19,906 nucleotides of DNA from Thraustochytrium aureum (Eukaryota). The notes under the pieces were generated by a model that worked only from the letters and a program-made list of their open reading frames with translations, made no database searches and was not told the origin of the DNA. The stretch spans positions 113,821 to 133,726 of the forward strand of contig BLSG01000198.1 in assembly GCA_012862495.1 (NCBI GenBank). The letters are read 5' to 3'. The translations under genes were made by a program, and so were the position numbers. Positions 1 to 9,974 of this stretch are shown piece by piece. Within the stretch, counting starts at the first letter, position 1. Each line of letters starts with the position of its first letter.

Positions 1-2
1 AG

Positions 3-1776
3 CGGAAGGAGGACCGCGCGGTAGAGGATGATCAAGTAAAGCAGGACGCCGCTGCCACGGCAGAGGGTAAACGCGGCAAGGCGAAGAAGAAGCGCTCGTC
101 CGAACAGGTCGTCGCGAAGAGTTCTACGAAGAAGGCCAAACGCGAGGTCGCGGAGCCAGCAATTGAGAATGAGCAAGTAGAAGACGAGGCCGAAGAGGCC
201 ACCGAAGAGGCCACGGAGAACGGCCGCAAGGGCGAGAGAAAGGCCAAGGTCGAAGCGCCGCTCGAACACGACGAAGATGGCTCCAAGAAAGGGTTCTTCT
301 CGGACGTAACGTTCGATTCGCTCGAGCTCTCGGACAACACCCGGAAAGCGCTGGCCGAGGCCGGGTTTGAGAAACTGACCCAGATCCAGGCCAAAGCCAT
401 CCCGCCCCTTCTCCAAGGCTGCGACTTGATCGGCGCTGCCAAAACCGGGTCAGGGAAAACCCTGGCGTTCATCGTTCCGGCCGTCGAGCTCCTGGCCCGC
501 GTCCAGTTCAAGGCGCGCAACGGGACCGGTGTTGTGGTGATCAGCCCAACGCGAGAGCTGGCTCTCCAAATCTACGGCGTTGTGCTCGAGGTGTGCAAAT
601 ACCACTCGCAATCGCACGGGATCGTGATTGGGGGCGCCAACCGGCGCGTCGAGGCAGAACGGCTGCAAAAGGGCGTCAACCTCCTGGTGTCCACACCAGG
701 GCGCCTGCTCGACCACCTGCGCAACACCAAGGGGTTCCACTTCAAAAACCTGCAGTGCCTCGTGATTGACGAGGCTGACCGCATCCTGGAGATCGGGTTC
801 GAAGAGGACATGCACCAGATCATCAAGCTTCTCCCGTCGGAGCGCCAGACGCTTCTGTTCTCCGCCACGCAAACGAAAAACGTCGAGGACCTCGTGCGCC
901 TCTCCATCAAAGGGAAGCCAGTATTCGTCAGCGTGCACAGCCAGGAGTCTGAGGCCACCGCGGCAGGGCTCGAGCAGGGCTACGTGGTGTGCCCGAGCGA
1001 GCTCCGTTTTCTGCTCCTGTACACCTTCTTGCGCAAGAACAAGAAGAAGAAGATCATGGTCTTCTTCTCCTCTTGCAATTCGGTCAAGTACCACTCGGAG
1101 CTCCTCAACTTTGTCGACCTCCCAGTCAAGGACATCCACGGTCGCCAAAAGCAGCAGAAGCGTACCACGACGTTCTTCGAGTTTTGCAACGCGACAACGG
1201 GGACGCTTTTGTGCACAGACGTCGCAGCCCGCGGCCTGGACATCCCCAACGTGGACTGGATCATCCAGTTCGACCCGCCTGACGACCCGAAGGAGTACAT
1301 CCACCGCGTGGGTCGCGCTGCGCGCGGGGCCAAGGGGACTGGGCGCTGCGCTCTTGTTTCTGATTCCGTCCGAGCTCAAGTTCCTTCAGTACCTGCGCAA
1401 GGCCAAAGTGACCGTCAACGAGTACGAGTTCCCCACCAAGAAGATCGCCAACGTGCAGACGCAGATGGAGGACCTCGTGCAGAAGAACTACTACCTGAAC
1501 CGCTCTGCGAAGGACGCGTACCGCAGCTACCTGATGGCCTACTCGTCGCACTCGCACAAGGACATCTTTGACATCCACAACCTCGACCTGCAGGCGGCGG
1601 CCAGGGCGTTCGGCTTCTCCGTGCCGCCCTCGGTCAACCTCAACATCAAGACGACAGGTCGCAAAGCCCGCGACCGCGACGCCAAGCACGACCGCCTTTC
1701 CACGGGCCACACCTTCTCCGCGAGCAACCCGTACGGCAAGCGCGACCCCAAGGACAAGCGCCAGTTCTCCCACTAG
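3..1776 (+). CDS. HAS1: ATP-dependent DEAD-box RNA helicase HAS1/DDX18 (5'-partial; one +1 indel at ~1347)
   Basis: The frame is open from position 3 with a charged N-terminus, then Q-motif (GFEKLTQIQ), [42 protein letters not shown] and YIHRVGR. Removing T1347 joins it to [14 protein letters not shown]...[19 protein letters not shown]..., the HAS1-type C-terminus, ending at TAG 1774-1776. The start lies upstream of the window. Confidence 0.95.
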
Positions 1777-1885
1777 CGCTCTGCGGCCACGCGTCTCCGA
1801 TGTACCCGCGCCCGCGCGTCGCGGACTGACACACCTCCAAAACCACTGCCAGCCATCTTGTCATCCAGCACCCCAGCCACCTTTC

Positions 1886-1904
1886 TACCTACCTACATAC
1901 ATAC
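1886..1904 (+). repeat. Short tetranucleotide microsatellite (CCTA/CATA) 3' of HAS1
   Basis: CTACCTACCTACATACATA. Confidence 0.5.
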
Positions 1905-2605
1905 TTGCCGCCGTCTCGGCCGCTCCCGCTCGCAGGACGCGCCAGTGACGGGCAGGTTGCAGGGCAGTCTGCCGTGCTTGCTGGCTGGCGCGCAGGGCTG
2001 TGCGTGCGCTTGCTGGCGCGCGGCCTGCGCCGTCGTCGGCATTTGACCGGTACATCGGGCCAAATCCGGCAGAGATNNNNNNNNNNNNNNNNNNNNNNNN
2101 NNNNNNNNNNNNNNNNNNNNNNNNNNNNNNNNNNNNNNNNNNNNNNNNNNNNNNNNNNNNNNNNNNNNNNNNNNNNNNNNNNNNNNNNNNNNNNNNNNNN
2201 NNNNNNNNNNNNNNNNNNNNNNNNNNNNNNNNNNNNNNNNNNNNNNNNNNNNNNNNNNNNNNNNNNNNNNNNNNNNNNNNNNNNNNNNNNNNNNNNNNNN
2301 NNNGGCAGGCAGGCAGCAACTCGCAGACGACCTGGCTCGAGCAGGCAAGGCGTTCCAACCAAGTTTCATCTGGGTGTCGATCTGCTGCAGTGCGTTGTTC
2401 GGTGGTGGCCGAGGCTGAGGCCTGGCGAAGGCCGTCGCCGTGAGCTTCGCCGCCAAATCTTCGCTCGTTCCTTCGCGTGTTGGGACGCCGACACCGCCAG
2501 CAATTGCGCTTGCTCGCAGGCGGCGGCGCGAGGCGAGAACGGGGTGGCGACAGCGGCAGAACAAGAACTAGCTCGAGACCGCCCCGCCCCAGAAAGTGAC
2601 GAGAC

Positions 2606-2680
2606 ATGGGACTCGGACGCAACGCCGCCGCACTCTGCACTGCCCTCCTCGCCCTGTGCTGCGCAAGACAGGCACACGCA
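2606..2680 (+). other. Predicted N-terminal signal peptide of the carotenoid polyprotein
   Basis: MGLGRNAAALCTALLALCCARQAHA|EEEAQQ: basic n-region, hydrophobic core, A-H-A cleavage motif, then acidic residues. Confidence 0.65.
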
Positions 2681-5600
2681 GAGGAAGAGGCGCAGCAGAA
2701 GCGCCAGCATGTGGCTGTGATTGGCGCAGGGTACGCCGGCCTGGCGGCGGCCTGCGAGCTGAGCTTGCAGGGGTTCCAAGTTACCGTATACGAGGCGAAC
2801 GACTTTGTCGGTGGGCGAGCCCATACCTACACGACGCCTGAAGGGTTTACCTTTGACGCAGGGCCGAGCTGGTACTGGATGCCCGAGGTATTCGAGCGCT
2901 TCTTCGCGCGATACGGCCGCACGCCCGACGAGTACTACACCCTCTCGCGTCTCGACCCAGCGTACCGAATCGTACTCCCACGAGGCGACGAGCCGGTCGA
3001 CGTGCCAGGGACTTGGGAAGGCTTTCTGGAATGGGCGCACCTCCGCGATCCTGAGCGCGCAGCCGCCCTTGACGTCATGTTTGAGGAGGCCCGCCGCAAG
3101 TACGAGAAGGGCATCTTTGAATGGATCTGGAAGCCGATGCTCAACGTGGCTGAGCTCGCAGATGTCGCTCTCATGCGCGCGGGGATCGAGTACGACATGT
3201 TTGGCGGATTCGAGGCGCACCTGCGCAAGTACGTGCGTGATCCACTGCTTCTCACGCCCTAAAGTGGCCGGTTATTTTCCTCGGCGCTTCTCCGGCGCAA
3301 GCCCCTGCGCTCTACTCGCTCATGACTTTTGCCGGCCACGCGCTTGGCACGTGGTACCCGTCGGGAGGTATGGACAGCCCTGCGCGGGCCATGGGGAAAG
3401 CTCGCTGGGGAACTCGGCGCGAAGTTCAACCTCGGGGCCGCCGTTTCCGCAATCAGGTTTGACGGGGTGGACACCCGACGAGCTACCGCAATTTGCGTTT
3501 CTGAACCAGGTGGCGCAGAGCGCTGCGACGCCGTGGACGGCATCGTGGCGGCTGCGGACTATCATTTCGTTGAACAGACGCTGCTTCCGATCGAGCTGCG
3601 TCGCTATGGGCCCGAGTACTGGGACAGCCAGGTGCTCTCTCCTTCCTGCCTGCTGTTCTACCTCGGATTGAACCGGCCGGTCAGGGGCCTGCGCCACCAT
3701 ACCTTCTTTTTCGACGTGGACCTTGACGAGCACCTTCGCGCCGCCTTCATCGACCACGTCCCTGCAGAGCAACCCACGTTTTACGTTTCTGCGACGAGCA
3801 AAACGGACCGGTCCGTGACGCCGGACGGAGCCGGCGAGGCCCTCTTCATCTTGGTTCCCATCTCCTACAAACTGAACGGGACAGACACCGCGCCCGGTTC
3901 GGCGGGCCGTGCTGGACCTGGTTCTGCGTCGGATGGAGCGCTCTCTTGCTGTTTCGGACTTGCGAAGAGCCATCGTCTACGAGCGGCACTACGGGCCGGG
4001 CGACTTTGAGCGCGACTTTCACGCATTCCGGGGGAACGCCTTTGGGCACGCCAACTTGCTCTCGCAGTCGCTCGTGCTCAAGCCCTCAATGGACTCGCTG
4101 GCCACCAACCTGGTTTTTGCCGGCCAACCTCACCAACCGGGGCCCGGCGTGCCGCCTGCTATCGTGTCGGGAACAGTCGCCGCGCAGCTTCTGCAGAGCA
4201 AAATGGCCGCAGAAGAGCCTAGCTCGTGGTTTACTTGGGGCGCCGCGGCGCGCTTGGCGCTGTTTGCGCACGGCCTCATCGCGCTCTGGATTCTTCTGTC
4301 AGAGCGGCGCAAATCCTATGCGCTGTGCGTCAAGCTCTTGTTCGAGAACGGCCGCACTTACTTTGCGGCTGCCACGCTCATGAACCAACAGCGCTTCCTG
4401 GACACCGCAGCTATGTACGGTTTGTTCCGCATCGCTGACGACTTGGTCGACAATGAAGACTCGCCGATGGAGCGCCACGCCAACCTAGAAAAGTTTATCG
4501 CCTCGTTCTGGGAGTGCTGGAGGCGCGGCGAGGGGGACTATACGCTCCACCCTGCCTTGCCCGCAATCATCGAGACATCTCGCCGGCACGCGTACCCGCG
4601 CGACCTATTCGAGCGTTTCTTCCGGTCCATGCGCATGGACGTCGGCAATAAAACATGCGCGACACTTGGGGATACAATGGACTACATGGAGGGGAGTGCA
4701 GCGGTCATCGGCGAGTTCATGCTCCCCGTCCTTATGCCACGCGCCACAGAGGACGAGATGCAGGCTGCGATGGGCCATGCGCGGGATCTAGGCCTCGCTT
4801 TTCAGCTGACCAACATGATTCGGGACGTCGACGAGGACCTTGACCTCGGTCGCCAGTACGTCCCGACAGAGACCTGCGCGCGACATGGCGTCGACCTGGG
4901 CTTGCGGGACGCCTCCCAGAGCGGGTTTGCGGACCTCATGGAGGAGATGTTTCGCCACGCGGACGCGTTTTACGCCTCTGCAGACATCGGCATCGAGCTT
5001 TTGCCGGCAGACGTTCGGGATGTCATTCGAGTGGCCCGCATCGCCTACCATCGCATCCATGACAAGATCCGGGCGGCCAAGTACGACATTTTCGCCTCGC
5101 GCGCAAGTGTGCCGTTTCGCGAGAAGCTATTCATCCTCCTTGCGACTGTGCCCAAGCTCAAGCTAGCGCGCATACTCGTCGTCGAGGCGTACGCGCGGGT
5201 GCTTCACGCTCTCACCCGCGCCCCCGTGCTGCTTCTTCTCTTTGGCCTTTTGGCAACGTCGTCTCTCGCCGCGCCAAGGGTTTTTGGGGTGTACGTACGC
5301 CCAGTTCCATCTGCTGTTCGTGCTTGGCCCGCTCGCCTCGCTTTTGCTTCTCGCCCGGGTCCAGGTTTTGGATAGAACGCCGCAGCAGGAGGCGCACGCT
5401 CGCCACGCGGCGGCTTGGACAGCACTGCTTTGCCTTGTTGCGACATTGTATACCACGCCATGGGACAATTACCTCGTCGCATCTGGGGTCTGGGGCTACC
5501 CACCGGAGCGAGTTGCGGCCACAATCGGCTACGTCCCGGTTGAGGAGTACGCCTTTTTCACTCTCGAGACCTTGCTTACCGGGGCGCTCTGGCTCACGTG

Positions 5601-6941
5601 TTTTCCAAATGCGCAGACGCTGCACCTTTCGACGCACAAGGTGCCGCCTGCAGCGGCGGCTGTTCGAGCTGTTGGCATCGCTGTTGGTCTGGGCACTTGG
5701 GCGTCTGGCGTCCTGATGGTCTCGGCCGGCGGCAACACGCTGTACTTGGGGTTGATCCTAGTTTGGGCGTTTCCTGTGCTCGTCTTCCAGTGGTGGTTCG
5801 GCTCGGGGGTGCTCATCGTGCATCGGAGCCCGTTGGTAGCCTGCATCGCCGCCTCGGCGGCGTACCTTTGCCTGGCAGACCAATGGGCTATCAGGCACGG
5901 CATCTGGCATATCTCATCCGCTTTCACCTTGCCGCAAGTCGTCTTCCCCGACCTTCCGATCGAGGAAGCCACCTTTTTCTTGGTCACCGCCTGCATGTGC
6001 TCCTTCGGACTCACCTTGGCTATGGTCGTGAGCAAGCACCACGCTTCTCGGTCAGGTAGCCTTGCTGATTCCCTTCGTACGGTTCACCGCTTCGGCCTGG
6101 CCCATGCCGCAAGAGTGGACGCGCCGAGGCCAGCGCCGACCATCACGCGAGTGCGACCGCGTGACCCGATGCGCCAGGCAGTGGCTGCGTCGTGTGCCGT
6201 CCTTGGCTTGGCGACCGCCTCGCTTTCGCTCCTCCTTCCTAGGCATACGATGCGCCAGGCGTGAGAGCCGCTCCGCTCGTCGCCCTGCTCGTCGGCGCTG
6301 TCGTGTTCGTGCTGGAGGGTGCCTCCAGCTCAATCCGGAAGGCGGCGTGGGCCTGTGGAGCGTGCGTATCAGCAGTCGCGCACGCCGTACTTGGCGTTGC
6401 CACGGCACAGCCAGTCACTCTCGTTGTTGTTGCAGTGTTGTGCGGTTTGGACACCTTTGGCGTCGAGCCGGCTGGTCGCTCGCGGTTTGCTCTTGTGGCC
6501 AAGAAGTCCGCGCTCGCTGTGCCACTCGCTCTTCATCCTGGCGCATTGGCTACTTTCATGGGCGGGGTGGCATCACCATGGGTTACATTTGAGGTTCTGC
6601 GGCTGTGCACCGCGACGTTTTGGGTCCATGTCGTGAGCCTCGCACTCCTTGCGTTGGGCCGACTGCTTGGGCGGACAAATCCTGGGCTCGACGCTGTGGA
6701 TTTCTTTCAGATTGCAGCGGCAGACGCGATGGCGTGCCTTTTGCACCCCTCGCTTTCATTCTCTGCTTTCCTGGTATTGTTTCATGTGGTTGAGGGCGCG
6801 TTGGGGAGGGCTCTGGCGCGCCGAGGCGGGTCGCCGCAGGGCGCTGTCGTTCCGGCGAGCAACTCCAGCGCACATCGCAAGTCCTCCCTGGAGCAATTGC
6901 GTATCGCTCTGCTCAAGCCGTCCCTGGACAAGCAGGTTTGA
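2606..6941 (+). CDS. crtIBY: Multifunctional carotenoid biosynthesis fusion: signal peptide-CrtI-CrtB-CrtYc/d plus a probable degenerate Brp/Blh-like C-terminal domain (~1,444 aa after indel correction; ~1,218 aa if it really ends at TGA 6262-6264)
   Basis: ATG at 2606. Overlapping ORFs 2606-3262, ~3259-3398, 3329-4009, 3909-5375, 5242-6264 and 6261-6941 join through single-base indels at ~3255 (-1), ~3397 (+1), ~3895 (+1), ~4128/4138 (+1/-1), ~5279 (+1) and ~6260 (-1). The CrtI-to-CrtB junction is in one uninterrupted frame (3909-5375). The I-B-Y order matches the known thraustochytrid trifunctional CrtIBY. Confidence 0.9.
2708..4200 (+). other. crtI: CrtI phytoene desaturase domain
   Basis: FAD-binding HVAVIGAGYAGLAAA...VYEAN..VGGRA; FTFDAGPSWYWMPEVFERFF; WPVIFLGASP..APALYSLM..GTWYPSGG (alternative frame); GNAFGHAN; NLVFAG[Q/H]LTNPGPGVPPAIVSG after local indel repair. 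Confidence 0.93.
4310..5140 (+). other. crtB: CrtB phytoene synthase domain
   Basis: GRTYFAAA, MYGLFRIADDLVD (first DxxxD), FFRSMRMD, YMEGSAAVIG, LGLAFQLTNMIRDVDEDLDLGRQYVP (second aspartate-rich motif). Confidence 0.95.
5290..6030 (+). other. crtY: CrtYc/d-type (fungal/archaeal/actinobacterial, membrane-integral) lycopene beta-cyclase, two repeats
   Basis: Repeat 1: TYAQFHLLF...TTPWDNYLVASGVWGY...IGYVPVEEYAFF. Repeat 2: YLGLILVWAFPVL...LADQWAIRHGIWHIS...LPIEEATFFLVT. Both carry the P(I/V)EE motif. Confidence 0.92.
6169..6810 (+). other. Degenerate Brp/Blh (beta-carotene 15,15'-dioxygenase)-like multi-TM domain
   Basis: Manual alignment to the remembered Blh consensus: GAVVFVLE ~ GLPHGALD; QPVTLVVVAVLCGLDTFG ~ LPAFSLLIFLLISIIHFG; LAVPLALHPGALATFM ~ LPLLFHPxEVxxLF; HPSLSFSAFLVLFH ~ PPLVTFATYFCFIH. 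No search was run. Confidence 0.6.
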
Positions 6942-7070
6942 GGCTGCGCATGACGCAGGGCCCGAGGGTTCATGTGCCATGTGTGTCAGGTTCGTTTTGG
7001 ACTGTTCTGGTCTTGCAATGCAAGCGACAAGCGCTGCAAGTGCTTGGCTACGCGTGGACGTGCGCGTATG

Positions 7071-7088
7071 AGTAGTAGTACTAGTAGT
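7071..7088 (+). repeat. (AGT)n simple repeat in the AT-richer spacer between the convergent crt and PH genes
   Basis: AGTAGTAGTACTAGTAGT. Confidence 0.45.
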
Positions 7089-7229
7089 TTCCAGTAGCTT
7101 TAACAAGAGTACAGGGCTAGGTAGGTTGACAACTACTGACAAGGATAGATCGCGGCCCCCAGACGCTGTGCCTCGCCTTCAGCAGGCGCGCTGCAATCGG
7201 GGTCTCGTGGCCGGCCTGACGCTGGGCTG

Positions 7230-8769
7230 TCACTCCACCATTTCCGCCCCGCCGGGCGCTTCGGCAGGCACCACATCGGGACCTGACACATGGGAGCCGA
7301 GAATTGCCGGCCGCGTTGCCGTAAGCTGCTCTGCAAGGAGCCGCGCTGAATACGGGCTCAACGAGAGGCACTCGATGGGCACGTTGCCCGTGATCCGTTG
7401 CCAATTGGTCCGCTCAATGACCTTGGCCAAGCCGGACTCCGCCTCCCAGTTTCCAACCATGCCAAGCCCGAACAGCTCCTGCAAGTCACCCCCGCTCGCT
7501 GAGCGCTGAACGTGCCCGATGCGCGGTATGATCATGTTTGCGTTGGCGCCTGGATCGAAAGAGGACGACCTGCTTCGCGGGAGGTCAGCAGACCCGGCGC
7601 TGCTGAACGACTTGAGCCGCGCAAAGCTGCTCGCCGTCACCCTCGAAAAGGAGGCCGCGCCGCTCAAGTGCGGCGGGATGTCGAGCCCCTCGAGCCGCGC
7701 CGCTCGCAGGGCAACATCTGCTTGGAGTCCGAGCGGCCGGGGCGCAGTAGTTGCGTGGGAGCCCCACTCGGCCTCAGGCGCTCCCGTGGGGTGCGCGTCG
7801 CCTGTCTGGCGCCGACCAAACCCCACAAAAGCTGCGGCATGCGGCTCTCCGGCAGCCCCCAGCGCGCCGTACCAAGGCGCGAGGTCCTTACTCTCGCTCC
7901 CGCCGTCTAAGGAGGACGTGCTAGACGACGAGGACGTCATGGAAGAGTACATTCGCAAGGGGCTGTCCCGAGCACCGTCTGCCAAGCCCGGTCGCGACTG
8001 CGAAGCTCTCGACGAGAGGCTCGACGCAGAGCCCGAGTGCTGCAAGTGGCCGAGGAGCCTCGCGCCGGGCGCTTCCGTCGCTGCGGTCTCCGCCACCGGG
8101 ACGAGCGGCTGGGCCTCCTCTAGGTCGGCAGACGAGATGGGCTCCTGAGAATCGGTGACCAGGGACAGCAGGCAGGCTTGCCATTCGCGCAGTGTTGCGT
8201 CCGAGTCCTCGCACGGATAGAGCATGACGACGCGCTTGCGCATCCGAATCTCCAGCACGTGCTGGCGCGGGACCCCCCTAGGGCTCGTGCGAATAGAAAA
8301 GCTGGACAGGCGCGCCTTGGCGAGATCGATCACGCCCTGGCTGTTGCCGTCCATGCTATTCTTGTAGAGAACGAGCTCTTTGCTCGAGAGTATGACGCAG
8401 AAGCGCTTTTTCCATACGGCCAACTTGCCCCCAGAGTGCTTCATCATCCAGCACTTGGCGAGGACCCGCGCCGACTCTGTGCGGCGCTTTTTGTCGACGA
8501 CTTCCTCGGCGTGGCACATCTCCAAGTATGCCATAATGTGCGATGTGCAAACGCGGCGCTGCCCCTCGGTGCGTGCCCCCAGAGTGATGGCGCTTGGAAA
8601 GACAACCTTGCGCCAGAAGGAAGGAAGGAACGCAGATGTGCGCTCATAGGGGAACGCCGGGACCTGTTTGACCTTCTCGCCGGAAATCGTGAACGGGAAG
8701 AACGCCTGCTCGCTCAAACTCTTTGTACTGCTAATGCGGCCACGGCCCTTGCCCAACGGGCTCTGCACG
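7230..8769 (-). CDS. PH-domain protein with a Ser-rich low-complexity region (5' end uncertain: ATG at 8534, or continues into the gap at 8770-9668)
   Basis: VLAKCWMMKHSGGKLAVWKKRFCVILSSKELVLYKN..SQGVIDL...VLEI...LREWQACL fits the PH consensus (K.GWL.K...WKKRYFVL...L.YY...G.I.L...W). The frame is open from the gap edge to TGA at 7230-7232. Confidence 0.8.
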
Positions 8770-9974
8770 NNNNNNNNNNNNNNNNNNNNNNNNNNNNNNN
8801 NNNNNNNNNNNNNNNNNNNNNNNNNNNNNNNNNNNNNNNNNNNNNNNNNNNNNNNNNNNNNNNNNNNNNNNNNNNNNNNNNNNNNNNNNNNNNNNNNNNN
8901 NNNNNNNNNNNNNNNNNNNNNNNNNNNNNNNNNNNNNNNNNNNNNNNNNNNNNNNNNNNNNNNNNNNNNNNNNNNNNNNNNNNNNNNNNNNNNNNNNNNN
9001 NNNNNNNNNNNNNNNNNNNNNNNNNNNNNNNNNNNNNNNNNNNNNNNNNNNNNNNNNNNNNNNNNNNNNNNNNNNNNNNNNNNNNNNNNNNNNNNNNNNN
9101 NNNNNNNNNNNNNNNNNNNNNNNNNNNNNNNNNNNNNNNNNNNNNNNNNNNNNNNNNNNNNNNNNNNNNNNNNNNNNNNNNNNNNNNNNNNNNNNNNNNN
9201 NNNNNNNNNNNNNNNNNNNNNNNNNNNNNNNNNNNNNNNNNNNNNNNNNNNNNNNNNNNNNNNNNNNNNNNNNNNNNNNNNNNNNNNNNNNNNNNNNNNN
9301 NNNNNNNNNNNNNNNNNNNNNNNNNNNNNNNNNNNNNNNNNNNNNNNNNNNNNNNNNNNNNNNNNNNNNNNNNNNNNNNNNNNNNNNNNNNNNNNNNNNN
9401 NNNNNNNNNNNNNNNNNNNNNNNNNNNNNNNNNNNNNNNNNNNNNNNNNNNNNNNNNNNNNNNNNNNNNNNNNNNNNNNNNNNNNNNNNNNNNNNNNNNN
9501 NNNNNNNNNNNNNNNNNNNNNNNNNNNNNNNNNNNNNNNNNNNNNNNNNNNNNNNNNNNNNNNNNNNNNNNNNNNNNNNNNNNNNNNNNNNNNNNNNNNN
9601 NNNNNNNNNNNNNNNNNNNNNNNNNNNNNNNNNNNNNNNNNNNNNNNNNNNNNNNNNNNNNNNNNNNNGGCGGTGGCCTGCGAGCAGTAGGAGCACCAGC
9701 ACGAGGAGATGCTGCTAAAAACCGAGCAGAAGCCGTGGCGTGATGCCCCCCGGCCGGCGAAGCCAGCCAGCCGCGAGGCAGGCTCGGAGCGGTGAACGAT
9801 GATGCTCTGCCCCGCCCGAGCCGCACGCTGCTCTTCTCCAGAAGGCCGCGCCTCCTCGCGCGCCGCCGCCGCAGCCTTCGCGTGTGGGACTGGCAACGTC
9901 TCCTTTTTGATTGATTGAACACGCGCAGAAAAACAATGTGCGAAGGCGACGGCGAACTGACGAGTCCTCGAGCT

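Noticed and set aside
1340..1350. Tiny introns or programmed ribosomal frameshifting explaining the frame breaks
   Set aside because: Protein homology is continuous with 1-nt offsets, and no GT-AG-bounded inserts or consistent slippery motif were seen.
450..1379. Long antisense or alternative-frame ORFs over HAS1, crt, IQ and TPR genes
   Set aside because: These are shadow ORFs expected from high-GC codon bias, with no recognisable motifs.
2606..6264. crtIBY as a pseudogene
   Set aside because: Catalytic motifs are intact and similar indels hit HAS1, the LRR gene and the TPR gene, so sequencing error is more parsimonious. It is not formally excluded.
6390..6412. Cryptic Blh PHG motif (GGC GTT GC CAC GGC) via an indel
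   Set aside because: It lies only ~17 codons before the HFG-equivalent, versus ~57 in Blh. The upstream GAVVFVLE segment fits the spacing better.
2606..6941. Bacterial crtI-crtB-crtY-blh operon of separate genes (contaminant or prokaryotic contig)
   Set aside because: CrtI and CrtB share one uninterrupted frame, the ORF breaks fall inside domains rather than between them, no ribosome-binding sites were noticed, and the flanking genes are clearly eukaryotic.
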